Part shown: positions 14,171-29,002 of the stretch, one piece after another
Numbering within the stretch: position 1 is the stretch's first letter
Layout of the letters: every line of letters begins with the position of its first letter
From: Chrysomallon squamiferum
Taxonomy: Eukaryota > Animalia > Mollusca
Reading direction: 5' to 3'
DNA: 64,000 nucleotides
Assembly (NCBI GenBank): GCA_012295275.1
Contig: CM022666.1
Span: forward strand, 16,554,001-16,618,000
Notes under the pieces: generated by a model
What the model saw: only the letters and a program-made list of their open reading frames with translations
Told to the model about the DNA's origin: nothing
Databases searched by the model: none
Program-made: the position numbers and the translations under genes

Positions 14171-14386
14171 TATTCCAGTTAGTTTCCTTTAAGTAAAGGT
14201 ATACAAAAAAGACTACAAAGTTAAGTATATGTTTAATTATGAGTGTGTATGTGCTTATGTGTGTAGATCAACTCCAACCATAAACATAACCTTAGCCTCA
14301 TCAGACAGCCTCGCTCTCATCCTGACCCAACTCTTACCCTCCTACTAACAAGAACTTTTCTACGTGTACTACAATAACACACTCTA

Positions 14387-15109
14387 GTAAGAGGACTATA
14401 AGAGAACTAACATAATTTGTGTGATGTTCATACACTGACTGATATAATATATGTGATGTTCATACACTGACTGACTGTAAGAAAACTATAAGAGAACTAA
14501 CATAATTTGTGTGATGTTCATACACTGACTGACTTTAAGAAAACTATAAGAGAACTAACATAATTTGTGTGATGTTCATACACTGACTGACTGTAAGAAA
14601 ACTATAAGAGAACTAACATAATTTGTGTGATGTTCATACACTGACTGACTGTAAGAAAACTATAAGAGAACTAACAATTTGTGTGATGTTCATACACTGA
14701 CTGACTGTAAGAAAACTATAAGAGAACTAACATAATTTGTGTGATGTTCATACACTGACTGACTGTAAGAAAACTATAAGAGAACTAACATAATTTGTGT
14801 GATGTTCATACACTGACTGACTGACTGTAAGAAAACTATAAGAGAAACAATTTGTGTGTGATGTTCATACACTGACTGACTGTAAGAAAACTATAAGAGA
14901 ACTAACATAATTTGTGTGATGTTCATACACTGACTGACTGTAAGAAAACTATAAGAGAACTAACATAATTTGTGTGATGTTCATACACTGACTGACTTTA
15001 AGAAAACTATGAGAGAACTAACATAATGTGTGATGTTCATACACTGACTGACTGTCAGAGGACTATAAGAGAACTAACATAATTTGTGTGATGTTCATAC
15101 ACTGACTGA
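14387..15109. repeat. 58-bp minisatellite, about 12 copies
   Basis: Unit GTAAGAAAACTATAAGAGAACTAACATAATTTGTGTGATGTTCATACACTGACTGACT; period 14477->14535. Confidence 0.96.
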
Positions 15110-15207
15110 TAAACGCGTCAGTTGAGCTCACTGATCTAATTTGGTTTGATTTGACGTAAATTGATAAAATTAATTTTCTCTACTTCTTTCCTCTTTCCCT
15201 GTCCCAG

Positions 15208-15258
15208 ACCAACTCAGCAGCGTGTCGAGTACAGCGCACGTTCTTCTCCAGTTCATTT
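15208..15258 (+). other. Candidate 51-nt internal exon
   Basis: Strong polypyrimidine acceptor ttctttcctctttccctgtcccag|, donor TT|GTATGG, GC-richer island between repeats, open in all three frames. Confidence 0.33.
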
Positions 15259-16149
15259 GTATGGACAGAAGAGTTTGGACACACACACACACTCGTATAC
15301 ACAGACCAGTCACCGTAACCCACACACACATAGATATAGCAGTAGTAGTAGTAGTAGTAGTAGTAGTACTAGTAGTAGTAACAGTAATAGTACTAGTAGT
15401 AGTAGTAGTAGCAGCATTAGTAGTAGTACTAATACTTGTTGTTGCAGCTGCAGTAGTGGTAATAGTAGTACTAGTAATAGTGGTAGTAATAATAGTAGTA
15501 GTGATAGTAATAGTAGTAGCAGTAGTTGCAGGAACAGTAGTAGTAGAAGTGGTAGTATTAGCATTTGTATTAAGTGTTAATAGTAGCAGTAATAGTAGTA
15601 GTAGTTATAGTTGTAATTGTAGTAGTAGCAGTTGTCTCTCTTTTCTTTATTTCTCTCCATGCTTGTCTCTCTTGCCATTTTTCTCTTCTGTCTCTCTGTT
15701 TCTCTTTCTATTTTCTGTCTGTCTCTCTGTCTGTATTTAGCTTTCGCTGTGTGTTTCTCTGTCTATCACTCACTTACTCACACCTACTCACTCTTGCGTA
15801 TTACAGCTAATTTCCAGTCTGGCAGAGACAGGTTCATGTCGATGGATGGTTCAAGTGGCACTTTCCAGTGTTTGAAGAGAAATGAAAGTTTTCACGTTGG
15901 AGAATATTTCTCTTTTAAAACAGATAAGTGAAGCCACGTGTAACGACCTCAGCTTGCCTGTTTTATTAATTTGAAAATAATTTACAAAACTCGCCTAAAC
16001 AGTCAGAGTGGTGTTCTCAACAACAAATGTAAAAATTAAGTTTCCATTTCTCCTTTTCATGATGCTTACACACCATGCTTGCCTTTTTGTTGTTATCCAA
16101 TTATAGTAATGAAATAAATGTGTTCTTATTGCTGTTGTTAATAATAATA

Positions 16150-16195
<46 letters not shown>

Positions 16196-16274
16196 GTAAT
16201 AATAATGATTATGATGACGATGATGATAATGATGATGATAATAATAATAATAATTATTATTATTATTATTGTTC

Positions 16275-16333
<59 letters not shown>

Positions 16334-16625
16334 ATTATTATTGTAATTCTTATTGCTATTTTGTTATTATTATTGTTGTAACTGGGTATTTTAATAGTAT
16401 TATTATATGATTAACTTTTAAACTTTTTAGCATTAATTACATTCTTTCGTTAATTAATTAATTAATCAGTTAATGTGTATATATGTCTATGTATGTATGT
16501 ATGTATGTGTCTATGTATGTATGTATGTATGCATGTATGTGTCTATGTGTGTATATATGTATGTATGTATGTGTGTATGTATTTGTGTGTGTGTATGTAT
16601 GTATGTATGTATGATTGTCTATGTA

Positions 16626-16660
<35 letters not shown>

Positions 16661-16792
16661 ATATATGTATGTATCTTTATGTGTATGTATGTATGTGTAT
16701 ATGTGTCTATGTATGCATGTGTGTGTCGGATCATGCTACCAATATTGTTCTTTTCTTTTTCTTCTTCTTTTTTTGATACTTTTCATCTCCAG

Positions 16793-16832
16793 ATTCTGTG
16801 ACCACGACAAGGTGATACTTTCCATTTTCTGA
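16793..16832 (+). other. Candidate exon start after a strong splice acceptor
   Basis: About 45-nt pyrimidine tract ending catctccag|. Either a 19-nt exon (weak donor AAG|gtgata) or a terminal exon with TGA ending at 16832. Confidence 0.27.
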
Positions 16833-19066
16833 AGTCTTGTGTCAATCTCGCTGCACGTCAAATTAAACTCATAATTCTTTTAGTGTAGCTCAAAGCTTTT
16901 AACAAATGAACTTCAAAAACAACCGCTATCCATTTAACGTATTCTGAGACGGATTCGAAAAACATGAACTTTTTATTTGCCGACTAAAGCTTTCTGCATT
17001 ATTACAAAATCTATAAATCGTCCTGCTTTTCCATCCTCGTGTTCATGTTGTCACAACAAAGAGCGCCACCTGGGGGAGTTGTCTATTGTTGTTTGAAAAG
17101 CGAGTAATGAACGTTGAACTGACCGTGTGTTTTCAAAAGGAGCCCGGGTCGGAGAAAAATTGAATCTGGCTGCGTCTTTGAGAGTCGTAATAATTTCTGT
17201 AAAGTGGTGTGTGATGGGTGTAGAGAGTTTGATCGTAATAACATCAGCACTGTGTACACTGTGTGACAACTACGTTATTTTAAAAATAACATTTTATTTA
17301 GTTAACAGCACACACACACACACGTTCATAGAGATATTTATTTATTTATTTATTTATTTCAGTGTTAGCTGAATTATTTTTTGCCTCTCTATGGGAAAGA
17401 TTATAAATAAAAAATCGCATATTGTAAACAACAGCAACACGACGGCAGCAGAACAATAACAAAAACAGTGACAACAGCATCAACAAAAAAGTAAAATTTG
17501 TTTACACCGAAGCCTACTGAAGGGTCTTGATACAAGAATCTTTTCATATTTTAGTTCATTCCTTAATTCATTCCTTCATTCATTTATTAAGACTCGCTTT
17601 TATTCCTTCATTTATCAATTCATTCTTTAATCATTCCTTTCATACATCCATTCATACATCCATAAATCAAATATTAATTCATTTCTTCACACAATCATTC
17701 AACAATTCATCTATATAAATATTTTGCTTCATTTACAAAACAGTGATTTAGTGGTTAGAAATGTATGCTTTATTTACGACGATACTTTATTTTTATTTTT
17801 GTATATTGAGACACGCACGTAAATGTTTGAGTTGTAAATTTTCTCTTTTTTTCTTGTTCACCCTGATTTAATGATGACGTCGTCCAACAACTTCAGCTTA
17901 GAAAAGTTCAGTATTGTCGTAACAAGAAATATTTATTGAAGTTCAGTCATCACAACTCAAAACGAGGCCGTTTCCATAACTGCAACAAATCTTGATGCAA
18001 ATTGACTAAATTGAATGTTTTACGTTCTTCCCGTCTTACATCTGTCTAAATCAATATTTTCCATTCCAAACATTGGCGGCCATTATGTTGATGTCAGAAC
18101 GTACAAGACAGATAGCTTCAACTGATTTACTGCGCTTCTCCCTCGAGAGTCGAGGTGAGACCACTTTTTCCAGTTCTAGACTTTGCATGTTGTTGTTGTT
18201 GTTGTTGTTATTATTATTATTGTTGTTGTTGTTGTTGTTGTTGTTGTTTTTGTTGTTGTTGTTGTTGTTATTTTATATGTTGTTTTCACGTTTTTTGTTC
18301 TTTAGGTTTTTTTCAGAAAGAAAATAATTAAAAAAACAAAAATGTACAATATAATGTTATATACTGTAATTTAATGCATTTTAAAACAAAACAAAATAAA
18401 ATAAAAGATAATATATAAAAATATTGAATTAAAAAAAAGGAATAATGTTTTTAAAGATTTTATTAAATAACATTAAGTAAATTAGAAAGATATTTGTAAA
18501 ATATTTTATTTTTATTATATATTTTTTTTAATTTTCTTTTTTTAAAGAAACAAAAAAAAAAAAAAAATGTAAAGAAAGTTATTCTGTTATTTCATTTAAA
18601 CTGATCACGAATGATTAATTCCTTCTTTCACTTCATAACAAACCGTCTCTCTATTCATTTTTTCTCCATTCATCAATTCACCAACTATTCACAAAAATGA
18701 TCAGTATTAAAATACAATCCTTGTTTCGTTTCCATCAATTTGTTTCGCGTTTTTAATGTACTTCCTGTTACGTCACAAATTGGTCGTTATGACGCGGGTT
18801 ATTAACTGTTGCGTGGATGTCTGTTTTTACCACGTCGTCCTGTGTCGCGCACAACACGTAATTACGACAATTTTCAAATTACTCCATTTGACAGATTTTA
18901 TTACACACCATTCGCTGTTTGTCAATAACTCACGCTCACGGAGAGCAGTAAGTGAGCCAGTCACGCCAAACACAGCAGTCGGTTGTTGACGGTTCGGTTA
19001 TTTGATAAACCTTTCACGATATGCTTTTTCTAATGAACTGTTAAGTGTGTGCAATTTTTTAAAGAA

Positions 19067-19115
<49 letters not shown>

Positions 19116-19217
19116 AACTGACGATTTATTGAACTTTTGATGATATAGACTTTTCTAATGAACTGCTGAATGTATCAGAACGTATGGACTTCTTAATGAA
19201 GCATATACGTGTACACA

Positions 19218-19343
19218 GTTTAATGCTATTTTGAAGTTACGGATGTTTTAATGAAATGCTGATGATACTGACTATTTAATGCTATTTTGAAGTTACGGAT
19301 GTTTTAATGAAGTGCTGATGATAGTGACAGTTTAATGCTATTT
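19218..19343. repeat. About 56-bp tandem duplication (2+ copies)
   Basis: TTTAATGCTATTTTGAAGTTACGGATGTTTTAATGAA...GATGATA repeated. Confidence 0.85.
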
Positions 19344-19487
19344 TGTGGAAATGGAATATTTGACGATATTTTATGAACAAAAATGATTTGGTTATTTTAA
19401 TTTCAGTTCAAAAAAAAATAAAAAAAAATACTAGCAGTATTAGGTAATGCTAGAAGTCCTCTCTCACTTTACGTATCTATCTGTCTG

Positions 19488-19550
<63 letters not shown>

Positions 19551-19799
19551 CTCTGTCTAATTGTCTTTCTGTCTGTCTATATGTCTGTCTGTCTATTTGT
19601 CTATCTAATTATCTCACTATCTGTATGATTGTCTCTATCTATCTATCTATATGCACATATCTTCCCCTGCTTCTGTTATTCTGTCTACTATTCTGTGTTT
19701 CGTTCTGTCTGTCTGTCTCTCTGTTTCTCTGAAATGATAATTCAAATAACAAAACACTAAAATTTCACAGCAATAGTGAGTTAAAGTAGCAGTTGCCCC

Positions 19800-20160
19800 A
19801 CTCAGTGTCATTGGTTGTTAAGCACGTCACTCGACACGAAACCAAACTTCATTGGTCAGTTGCCAGGGGGGATAATACGAATTGAAAACCTGGTAAATTA
19901 GATTTGGTTTGAGGCGGATGAGTTAGGAAATTCACTTATTAACATTTCAGTGAGCGAAGCTGGGAGTGGACGAGGTATGAAACTTACTGCAGAACGAAGC
20001 TGAAGTTGGTAAAAATCACTGGTTAGTTTCCGAGGAGGAACTCGTGGTTTGTGAGTGTGGAGGGACAATAATATAGATTTTTTATTAACTGGACTAAAAC
20101 AGTGAAAGTGATTTATTTGAAAATATTTGTAACAGAGATTCTGATGACTTTACCAATTCA
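19800..20160 (+). promoter_or_regulatory. Candidate promoter and first exon
   Basis: Two CATTGGT (CCAAT) boxes at ~19809 and ~19850, GC-box-like GAGGCGGA at ~19911, Inr-like TTCAGT at ~19946, purine-rich leader, donor CA|GTATGT at 20160/20161. Confidence 0.3.
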
Positions 20161-22339
20161 GTATGTCTTTTTTTAAATCAGTTTCTAAAAGTTGTGGTAT
20201 TTGTTTTCATAGCTGAGAAAAAAAGAGAAAATACTTTTAAAAAAGTTCCTTCCTTGCTGATAAATAAAGAGTGGCAGAATAAATTAAGTGAATGACAGTA
20301 TTCGAGTTTTTAATGTATTAAGCGGAAGTAAAATATTTTTTTCTCTCACAGTTCTAAGGCATAAAAACAGTTTAAGAAAAAAAAAAAGTTCGTATTTTTT
20401 TTTCGTTTTTTTTTTTCTTAATTGATTTTACGTTACAACTACAACTACTACTACTAGTGCAATTACCATCACCACCAGCACTATTGTTACTATTATCATC
20501 ATCATCATCATTATCATTCTTATCATCACCGTCATCATTGATATTATTATTATTATTATTATTATTATTATGGTCGTTGTTGTCGTTGTTGTTAAAATTA
20601 AATTTAAACAAGCCTGTAATTATTTGACTTGTTGTCACACTTCACGCTGCCATGGTAACACAGTGCAGACCTGTCACTGTCTCACGTAAACGTGTTACAA
20701 CCTCAGCAACCTCGTTACTGTCAACTGCGTCAACAAAACTTGTCAGATTGGAAATTTGAATTACCAAGGTTGGAACTGGTTAAAAAAGAAAAAAAGACGA
20801 ATAAAAACGAAAACATTTAAAAAAATAAATTTAAATTAAATAACACGACTACCACCATCTCCCCACAAAAAAAAAAAAAAAAAAAAAAAAACCCCAAAAA
20901 ACAAACAACTATTTTTATTCCTACTCATTATGTCTGGGACATTTTTGTGTGCATATATTTTTAGTTTATGGAAATTGTGTGAAGGAAACAAACAAATAAA
21001 TCAATAAATAAATAAATAATTAAATAATAGCAATAACAACAACAACAACAAAAACTTTTCTTTTTCTAAACTTTTCTGATTAGTTACGAAAAAATGCAAT
21101 CTAGTTAAAGCTTTTAAAATTTTTTTTTCTTCAAAATAAGTTCTTATCCCTGTTATTATTAGCACTGAAACTTTTTTAGAAATAAAATTTGAAAAAAAAA
21201 AAAAAAAAAAAAAAAAAGCAAAGAAAAAAAAGATTTAAAAAAAAATTAGATACTAAAAAAAGAAATCTTTCTGTTTCTCCAAACGTCTGAAATCGACCCT
21301 TGTACTCCTCGCAGCTGTGACGTCATATGTTGGTAACGCTGTGAATAAAGTATAAAGTTTTATAACTTGATAATGTCACTAGGCAACCTGCTACACAGAG
21401 TTTTAGTAAAGCAAAAAGCTGCTGTTGTGTCTCGGCTTCATTTTAAGACGTGAAATTTACATATTTAAAATTCACAACGTCTGAAAAAAAAAAAAAATAA
21501 ATAAATAATATTTAAGAAAGGTAAAAAGCATATAAACCAGTGACTATAATTTTATATATCACATACACACATATGCATGTGTATGTATGTATGTATGTAT
21601 CACATATGACTACAGACATAAATCACACACAAACTGTAAATCCTAGAACAGAATACTGCTACGTAAGACATCTCAGTTTCTGTATTCATCAAAGCATTAT
21701 TTTAACTCGTATAAATAATCTATATGATTCAGATTACGTTCGCTGTCTTTCTGGATAACTTTATTACGATCTGAACTTTGAACTCTTACAGTGATGACGT
21801 CACACTGATTGTCTGACGTGTTAAATTTACGTTACTCACGTGACGTTATTATTTCCCCTAGGGAACTCTCCTGGCAGAAGTTATTGGAAAGTAGAAAGAG
21901 GTTAAGTTAAGGACTATTCTAGAAATGTCAGTTTAAAGATTAATGACTTGTAGTAAGAATAGTTCACAAGTGTTAACAAGTTATTTCTGTATCCCAGTTA
22001 GCCCAACAAATCATGAAACTATTGTTTCTATGAATATTTATTTATTTATTTAAATATTAGAGATATAGAGATAAGTTAGATAGATAATAGTAGATAGATA
22101 TAAAGATGGAATAAACTAAACAAGAGTAAAAAAGAATGTAGTATTTCTTTTATTATTATATTTTTATTTTATTATTTTTATTTTATTATTTTTTTTTTTT
22201 TTTCCTTTTCTTTTCTTTGTTTGTTTGTTTGAATTATGACGAAAAGAAACGTCGAAAAATTAGGATTATCTTAAATGCTCTTCACACTTTAGTGTATAAA
22301 TATGAAAACGAATCCAATCATTCAGACTCGGAAAACAAA

Positions 22340-22920
22340 CAAACGGTCGTGATTGGTTCAAAAGGCAAAAACAAGCAAATTGGCGCTTGCACGTGCAGGC
22401 ATGTCAGTTTGCGAGGAGACGATGAAAGACAGACATCTTGTCGTGTTGACTGGTTAATTGACTTCTCACATCGGCTCCTGAGTGAAAGTCAAACATTTCG
22501 AGTTAATATGGCGACCAGTGTGAAAGAAAAAGCAGCTAGAAATTGGCGTGAAACACAAGAAGAAAAAAAAACGTCGAGAATAGAAGTTTAGAACTTCAGA
22601 TCACCGGGCGCTCGATCGATCGAGAAAATTTCACCTTGTCATTTATTTTAATTTCCTTCGACAATTGCCAAATATCAACCGATCGATAGGTGGGGCTATC
22701 TTGATTAAAGCGTTTGATGGATGGACACAGCAAAAACAGCAGAATTAGGCGCACAGCAATAAAAGCGAACAACTGACTGACAGAATGGAAAGATTTATTC
22801 GAGAGATTTTCAAATCTGCGCGTTCCCGCAGCGCTCTCTATTCTCCTCTGCCTGGTCGTCTGCAAGCTGAAAGATTCGTTAGTAACGATAACTCTATTCT
22901 CCTGTGTATCCACTTTAGGG
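22340..22920. promoter_or_regulatory. CpG-rich promoter/enhancer-like island
   Basis: Three ATTGG boxes, GCACGTGC E-box, YY1-like AATATGGCG at ~22506, E2F-like TTGGCGTGAAA and TTCCCGC, DRE-like ATCGATA; no convincing ORF. Confidence 0.35.
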
Positions 22921-23192
22921 AATAAGGCTAAGAAAACATTTTATTTTTGAATCAATAAAAATAATTTTTTGCTTCATTTTTCTCTTCTTGTACAAAGTAA
23001 AAATCTACGCAATGACTGGAAGGAAAAATTAATCAAAAAGATCAGTCAGTGAGCTAGAGATATAGAGAGATAGTTAGAGATATAGAAACATAGATAGAGA
23101 GATAGAAAGAGAGAGAGAAAGACAGACAGAGAGTGATAAAGATAGTGAGAATTAAAATAGTATGGCAGATATGAGAGAGGGAGGGAGGGAGG

Positions 23193-23197
<5 letters not shown>

Positions 23198-23283
<86 letters not shown>

Positions 23284-23477
23284 ATAATATTATGGAGGAA
23301 TAACATTTTTATGATATAAAATTATTTCAGATAGAGATAGGGAGAAATTGGCAAAAAGAAACACAAGGAGAGAGAGAGAGAGAGAGAGAGAGTTATAATA
23401 TTATGGCAGACATAACATTCTTATGATATAAAATTATTTCAGATAGAGATAGGGAGAAATTGGCAGAAAGAAACACA

Positions 23478-23552
<75 letters not shown>
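23198..23552. repeat. Two copies of a ~90-bp unique segment separated and flanked by (GA)n tracts
   Basis: GTTATAATATTATGG...GAAACACAAGG at 23281-23369 and 23392-23480. Confidence 0.9.
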
Positions 23553-23556
<4 letters not shown>

Positions 23557-24129
23557 TAAGATTTCATCAGTTAACTCTGGTTAACTCTAGTGTGTGAACA
23601 AGATATGTTTTTAATGTTTGCGGTTCTCTGTCTGCTACTTGACTTTAGAATCAAATAACTGACGTGTCTCAGCGGTTCTCTCTAATCTGAGTTTGACAAA
23701 CACGTGCCGAAGTCGCTGATTTCGCGAATCTAGAAACTGCGTGTAAAAACATGCATTACCACTTTAACAGGAAAAGGAAGGAACAGATTTCATTATTTAT
23801 TCCAAATTCTCTCTCTCATATTAATGGCAATTTCCATAGCGCAATCTTAGCGCTATTGAATGTCAACGCTCAGCACATTTCAAATCGACAGTTTGGACTT
23901 TTCACATAAAAGATCTATTAAGACGTACTTAATAGTTACGTGACCTGACTTCTTTTTTTAAAAATCTCTGACAGATTAGACATTTCATGATTGGAGGAAA
24001 CAGAAGGTTGCATTAAACGCTAAATAACGTATGGAGAAAACTCGTCACAGCGTTTATTGATCAAAGACAAAAACAACACAAAGTCTTTGTAAGCGAAGCT
24101 GCAATCAATATTTCACAGCACACAATTCA

Positions 24130-24545
24130 ACACCAACTCTTCCTCTGCGTACGTTTATCTAACGCAGTCTCTTTCACGGTGCAGAGCGGCGCTTTGCGGG
24201 ATAGCTTAAAACACGGAGTAATACACTGGTGCGCCGTCGTCCGATTAGCAACAAAGTACCTTAATAGGCGGATCGATACTCGCGCTTTTAATTGGCGTAA
24301 CTTGTTCGGTGTGCGGCCAGTGCCTGACATACCGGTCCCTGCCGCAAACTGCCATTAACGACAATAAATAGCCGCCTGGCGAATTACTCTGCAGTCAGCG
24401 GCTTCTGCTCGGCTTTGCTTGCATTAACTCATCAACGTTCGAACAGGCACTCACTGCTGAAAGCCGGTCTGCTGATGAAATGAAAAGAGTTAAACTGCGG
24501 CGCTAGAAACTCATCTTTTTTTCTTCATTAGCCGACGACTTCGGT
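24130..24545. promoter_or_regulatory. GC/CpG-rich non-coding island (enhancer-like)
   Basis: Sharp rise in GC and CpG, several TAAT/ATTA homeodomain-type cores (TAATTGG, CCATTAA), no credible ORF. Confidence 0.3.
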
Positions 24546-24884
24546 TTAGAATATAAAATACTGTGTAATCAAATTGTTTACTGAGATTTGATTTACTCAC
24601 TGTGTGCTAATCGTTTCTTACATTTCTCTCAATTTAACATTTTCGCGGTTTTCCTTTTGCTACAAACGTCCTCTATCCGAAACCCTGACGTCGTTATTTT
24701 CGTAAATTCACTTTTTAAAAATAGTTTTAACATAAATGACTGTTTTACACAGCAAGTCTAACTTGGTAAATTCACTATTTTGCTATAACAACTGCTTCTT
24801 ATCTTCACAAATCCATTCTTTTACTTTCAGTTTCTACACTAATTTCAGAAATCTTATCATTTTCATTCTATTTTTCTGTGCTAA

Positions 24885-25025
<141 letters not shown>

Positions 25026-25559
25026 GACGTTTTATGTAGCACTACTTTGTAATGGACAGTCTCTGTTTGACAGTAAACTATTTTACCAGTTGATTCTTCC
25101 GTTATTCACAATAGATATCTGTCATCTTTTGGTTCTGTTATAAAACATCTAAACTAAACCCGCTGTAGCTAACACACAGATCAACAGTTTCGTGAAGAAA
25201 CTCGAGACAGAAATATTCTTCTGGTTTGAAAATGTCACTAGGTAACATGAGAAAGTAAGAACGTTAATTAGTTTTAATTAATGAAACTGATATTTGTCTT
25301 CTTTTCTTTGTTAATAAATATTAATTTTCTCTTTTTATTTGTATTAACTCAGTGCATGTAAAAACATTTAAACGTTTTGTGTGTAGATAAATTGTCCTGT
25401 CTGTCTATCCATCTGTCCATCCATCCATCCATCTATGTGTCAGTCTAATTTGTCAGTATGTAGGTCTGTCTAGCTGTCTACATACCTACTACCTATCTAA
25501 ATATCCACCTACCTACCTATTTGTCTATCTTTCAGTATGTTTGTCTGTCTGTCTATCTG

Positions 25560-25610
<51 letters not shown>

Positions 25611-26281
25611 CTCTGTCTGTCTCTCTGTCTATATATCTCTCTGTCTGTCAATCTATCTATCTATCTATTTATTTTCCCGAATGCATGCGCACTTGTTTCT
25701 ATATTTTCGTTTTGTCTGTGTATGTTTACGTATGTATGTATGTGTGTATGTGTATATGTATGTATGTATGTATGTATGTATCTATGTATGTATGTATGTA
25801 TGCATGTGTATATGTGTGTATGTATTTATGTTTGTATGTACGTATGTATTCCTATATGTTCGTGTGACTATATTACTTGAAGTAAAACCAATTTATCAAA
25901 GAATTTATCGACGAAATGAAACATTGTCTGGAAAGCACATAACGCGAGCAACAACAAATGACAACACATTAATAACATTTACCAGCCATTATCATATTGC
26001 CATCGCATGAAAACGAGTTATCATACAGAAAACATCGTCATGGTAACCTATCACTGAATCGGGAACATCACGTTAATGGGTAGCGTTGCCCTGGTAACAA
26101 GAGAAATAGGTGCGATCCAGTGATGTTGAAAAGCGACAGTTTTATTAGTCAAATCAACGAGGAAATAAAGAGTTTCTGAAACACTTCAACATTTTAATAA
26201 ACATCTGAGACCAGCGTTCTTGTAAAATATTTCTATTGCTCTCTATGTCGTACGTTCAAAATACAGTTCCAATATTTATTT

Positions 26282-26336
<55 letters not shown>

Positions 26337-26497
26337 TAATAGTATTAATAATAACAACAATAACGACAAAAACAACAATAATAATCACAATAACAGCAGC
26401 AACAGCAGCAACAACAACAACAATACTAATAAATATTTATAACAATTATAAACAGTAGTACTAGTAATAGTAGTAGTAATAGTAACAGTAGTAGTAG

Positions 26498-26529
<32 letters not shown>

Positions 26530-26948
26530 ATAATAATAATAATAATAATCAACAAAAACAATGATATCAAAAATGATGGAAATAAAATATATTCATAAAT
26601 GTATATCGATAAACAAATGTATATTTGATTCAATGACATTTACCAAATTAATATGTTATTTATTTGTTTTACATTTTTTTTTTTCTGGATTTCTCCTTTA
26701 TCGATTTGTTCATTGATTCGCTTATTTTCGTATTTTTTCTTAGTTTTCATATATTTATTTATTTCTCCATTCATATCTTTCGCTTTTTCCTGTGTAAATG
26801 AAACTGTTCCGTCACTTTCAAAGATTTTAAATTTTAAACTGTATTGACACTATTTAACAATATTGATTTTTTTTTGTGTGAAAAATACGAATCGAAATAA
26901 TTTTCCGTTTTCTTTTTTCCATCCTCTGTCTTCCTTTTTCTTTTCTTT

Positions 26949-26992
<44 letters not shown>

Positions 26993-27051
26993 ATTTCATT
27001 AATTAATTAATTAATTAATCAATTTATTTATTTATTTATTTTATATTATTA

Positions 27052-27109
<58 letters not shown>

Positions 27110-28934
27110 GTCATCATCATCATCATCTTTATTTTATTTTATTTTATTATTACTGTTTTTTCATATTTTATCTGCATGAAGCATTAAACATTATCGACTG
27201 GGTTTGTGAAAACTTGAATCAAGCTGGATAAAAAAAAAATCTGCAGTTTGTTTTGTTCAATACGAGTTAGTCTGATAACTGTTGAGTGTCTACATAACCA
27301 AACGTGAATGCTTCACTGCGGATATGACATTCTTAAACGCGGCTAAAAGCAGAACAGAGAACCGGAAATGACGAGACGGTTGCCGCGCAGACCGGAAACA
27401 ACTGAAAGCACAATACGAGGTATTCCATTAGCCAACTTCCGGCTCGTCTTTGTTCGCTGCGGTTTGTCGGCGTGATTGAGGACTGTAACCAACGAGGTGT
27501 GACGTCAACAAGTCGACTATAACTCACTTCGTTGTTTGTCACGTATTGATAAACACAGACATCGTAACCAAAACGACAGTGTGACATCGTCAACCCAAAC
27601 ACGACTACAAACACACTAAACACAGACCTCGATGTTGTTTCTACACTTATTCATAAACACAGACATCGAAAAAACCCAACCCAAACACAGACACACAGAC
27701 AAACACACATATACACAGACATCGAAAAAAAACACACCCAAACACAGACTCATAGACAAACACACATATACACAGACATATTCAGACACACAAACAAAAT
27801 CACAGACAGATACAATTACTCAAACGTATGTTCAGAGAGAACAAATTCAAGCAGACAAATCTGTTTGTTAGAGAAACAAAATAGATGTACACAGAAACAC
27901 GTACAGATACAATTACATAAATAAAAACGAACACGTACATACATATATACAGTATATCATATATCATACATATTCATTTAAAATTAACCAGAAAAAACGT
28001 TTTATCCAATAATTAATTAATGATTAAGTAATTGCTAACACAAACTATTTTTTTATTCACGTCATTCCTCTCACTTGTTGTAAAAGTACAATTTCGACTA
28101 CGACAAAGACTCCTACTGCGATTACGACTTATTCTACATCTACAACTACCACTACGAGAAAACGACTACAAAACTAACACGACGACTACGACTACAACAA
28201 CAACAACCATGACAAAAAAAAAATGATTTTTTCGACTACGACTACAACAACAACAACCACTACGACAAAAACTCACCTTCGACTACGACTACAGCTATAG
28301 CTACAAGAATTCCCACTACCAAAACAATATGACTACGACCATGACTACACTTGCAGCTATAAGTACAACTACATCAAGATTAACATTGCAACTACAACAG
28401 CATCTACGTCAGTTGCAGCTACAACTGCAACCGTTTCCATAGAAACATCAGCTATATATTACTTTCCTTTTCTTTCGTTTCCTTTTTTTTTTTTTTTTTT
28501 TTTTTTTTTGCTTGACTTGTATTTAAGGCGAAGATTTTGTGTAAAGAATTTTAACAAAAAACTAAATCTAATCCTCTAAACTCCTCAGAGACACCGCGGT
28601 GCCTGAGAATACATTTGAAATCTGCTTTTAATAAAACTAAATTTGTAGACGCCACTTCCACTAAGCAGTAACAGTAATCACAACAAATATTTTAGATACT
28701 TATGATAACCAGAAGGTTTTCTTTTATTTATTTAATTATTTATTTACTTACTTGTTTGTTTGTTTATTTGATTTTATTTATTTGTTGGTTTGATAGGTGT
28801 GTCTCGTTTTTTATTTGTTTATGTATTTATGTACTGCAAAACATTATTATCATCATAGTTCTAATCATGATCACAATTACGTTGTTTGTTGTCTTTTCAT
28901 TTTTATTTCATTGTTGTTATTGTTATTATTATTA

Positions 28935-29002
<68 letters not shown>

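Noticed and set aside
9361-15109. Regular repeat arrays as possible CRISPR arrays
   Set aside because: Head-to-tail monomers with no unique spacers, no cas genes, and a eukaryotic context.
22217-22913. Two convergent 105-124-aa ORFs
   Set aside because: Non-ATG starts and no domain-like pattern; they overlap a motif-rich regulatory island.
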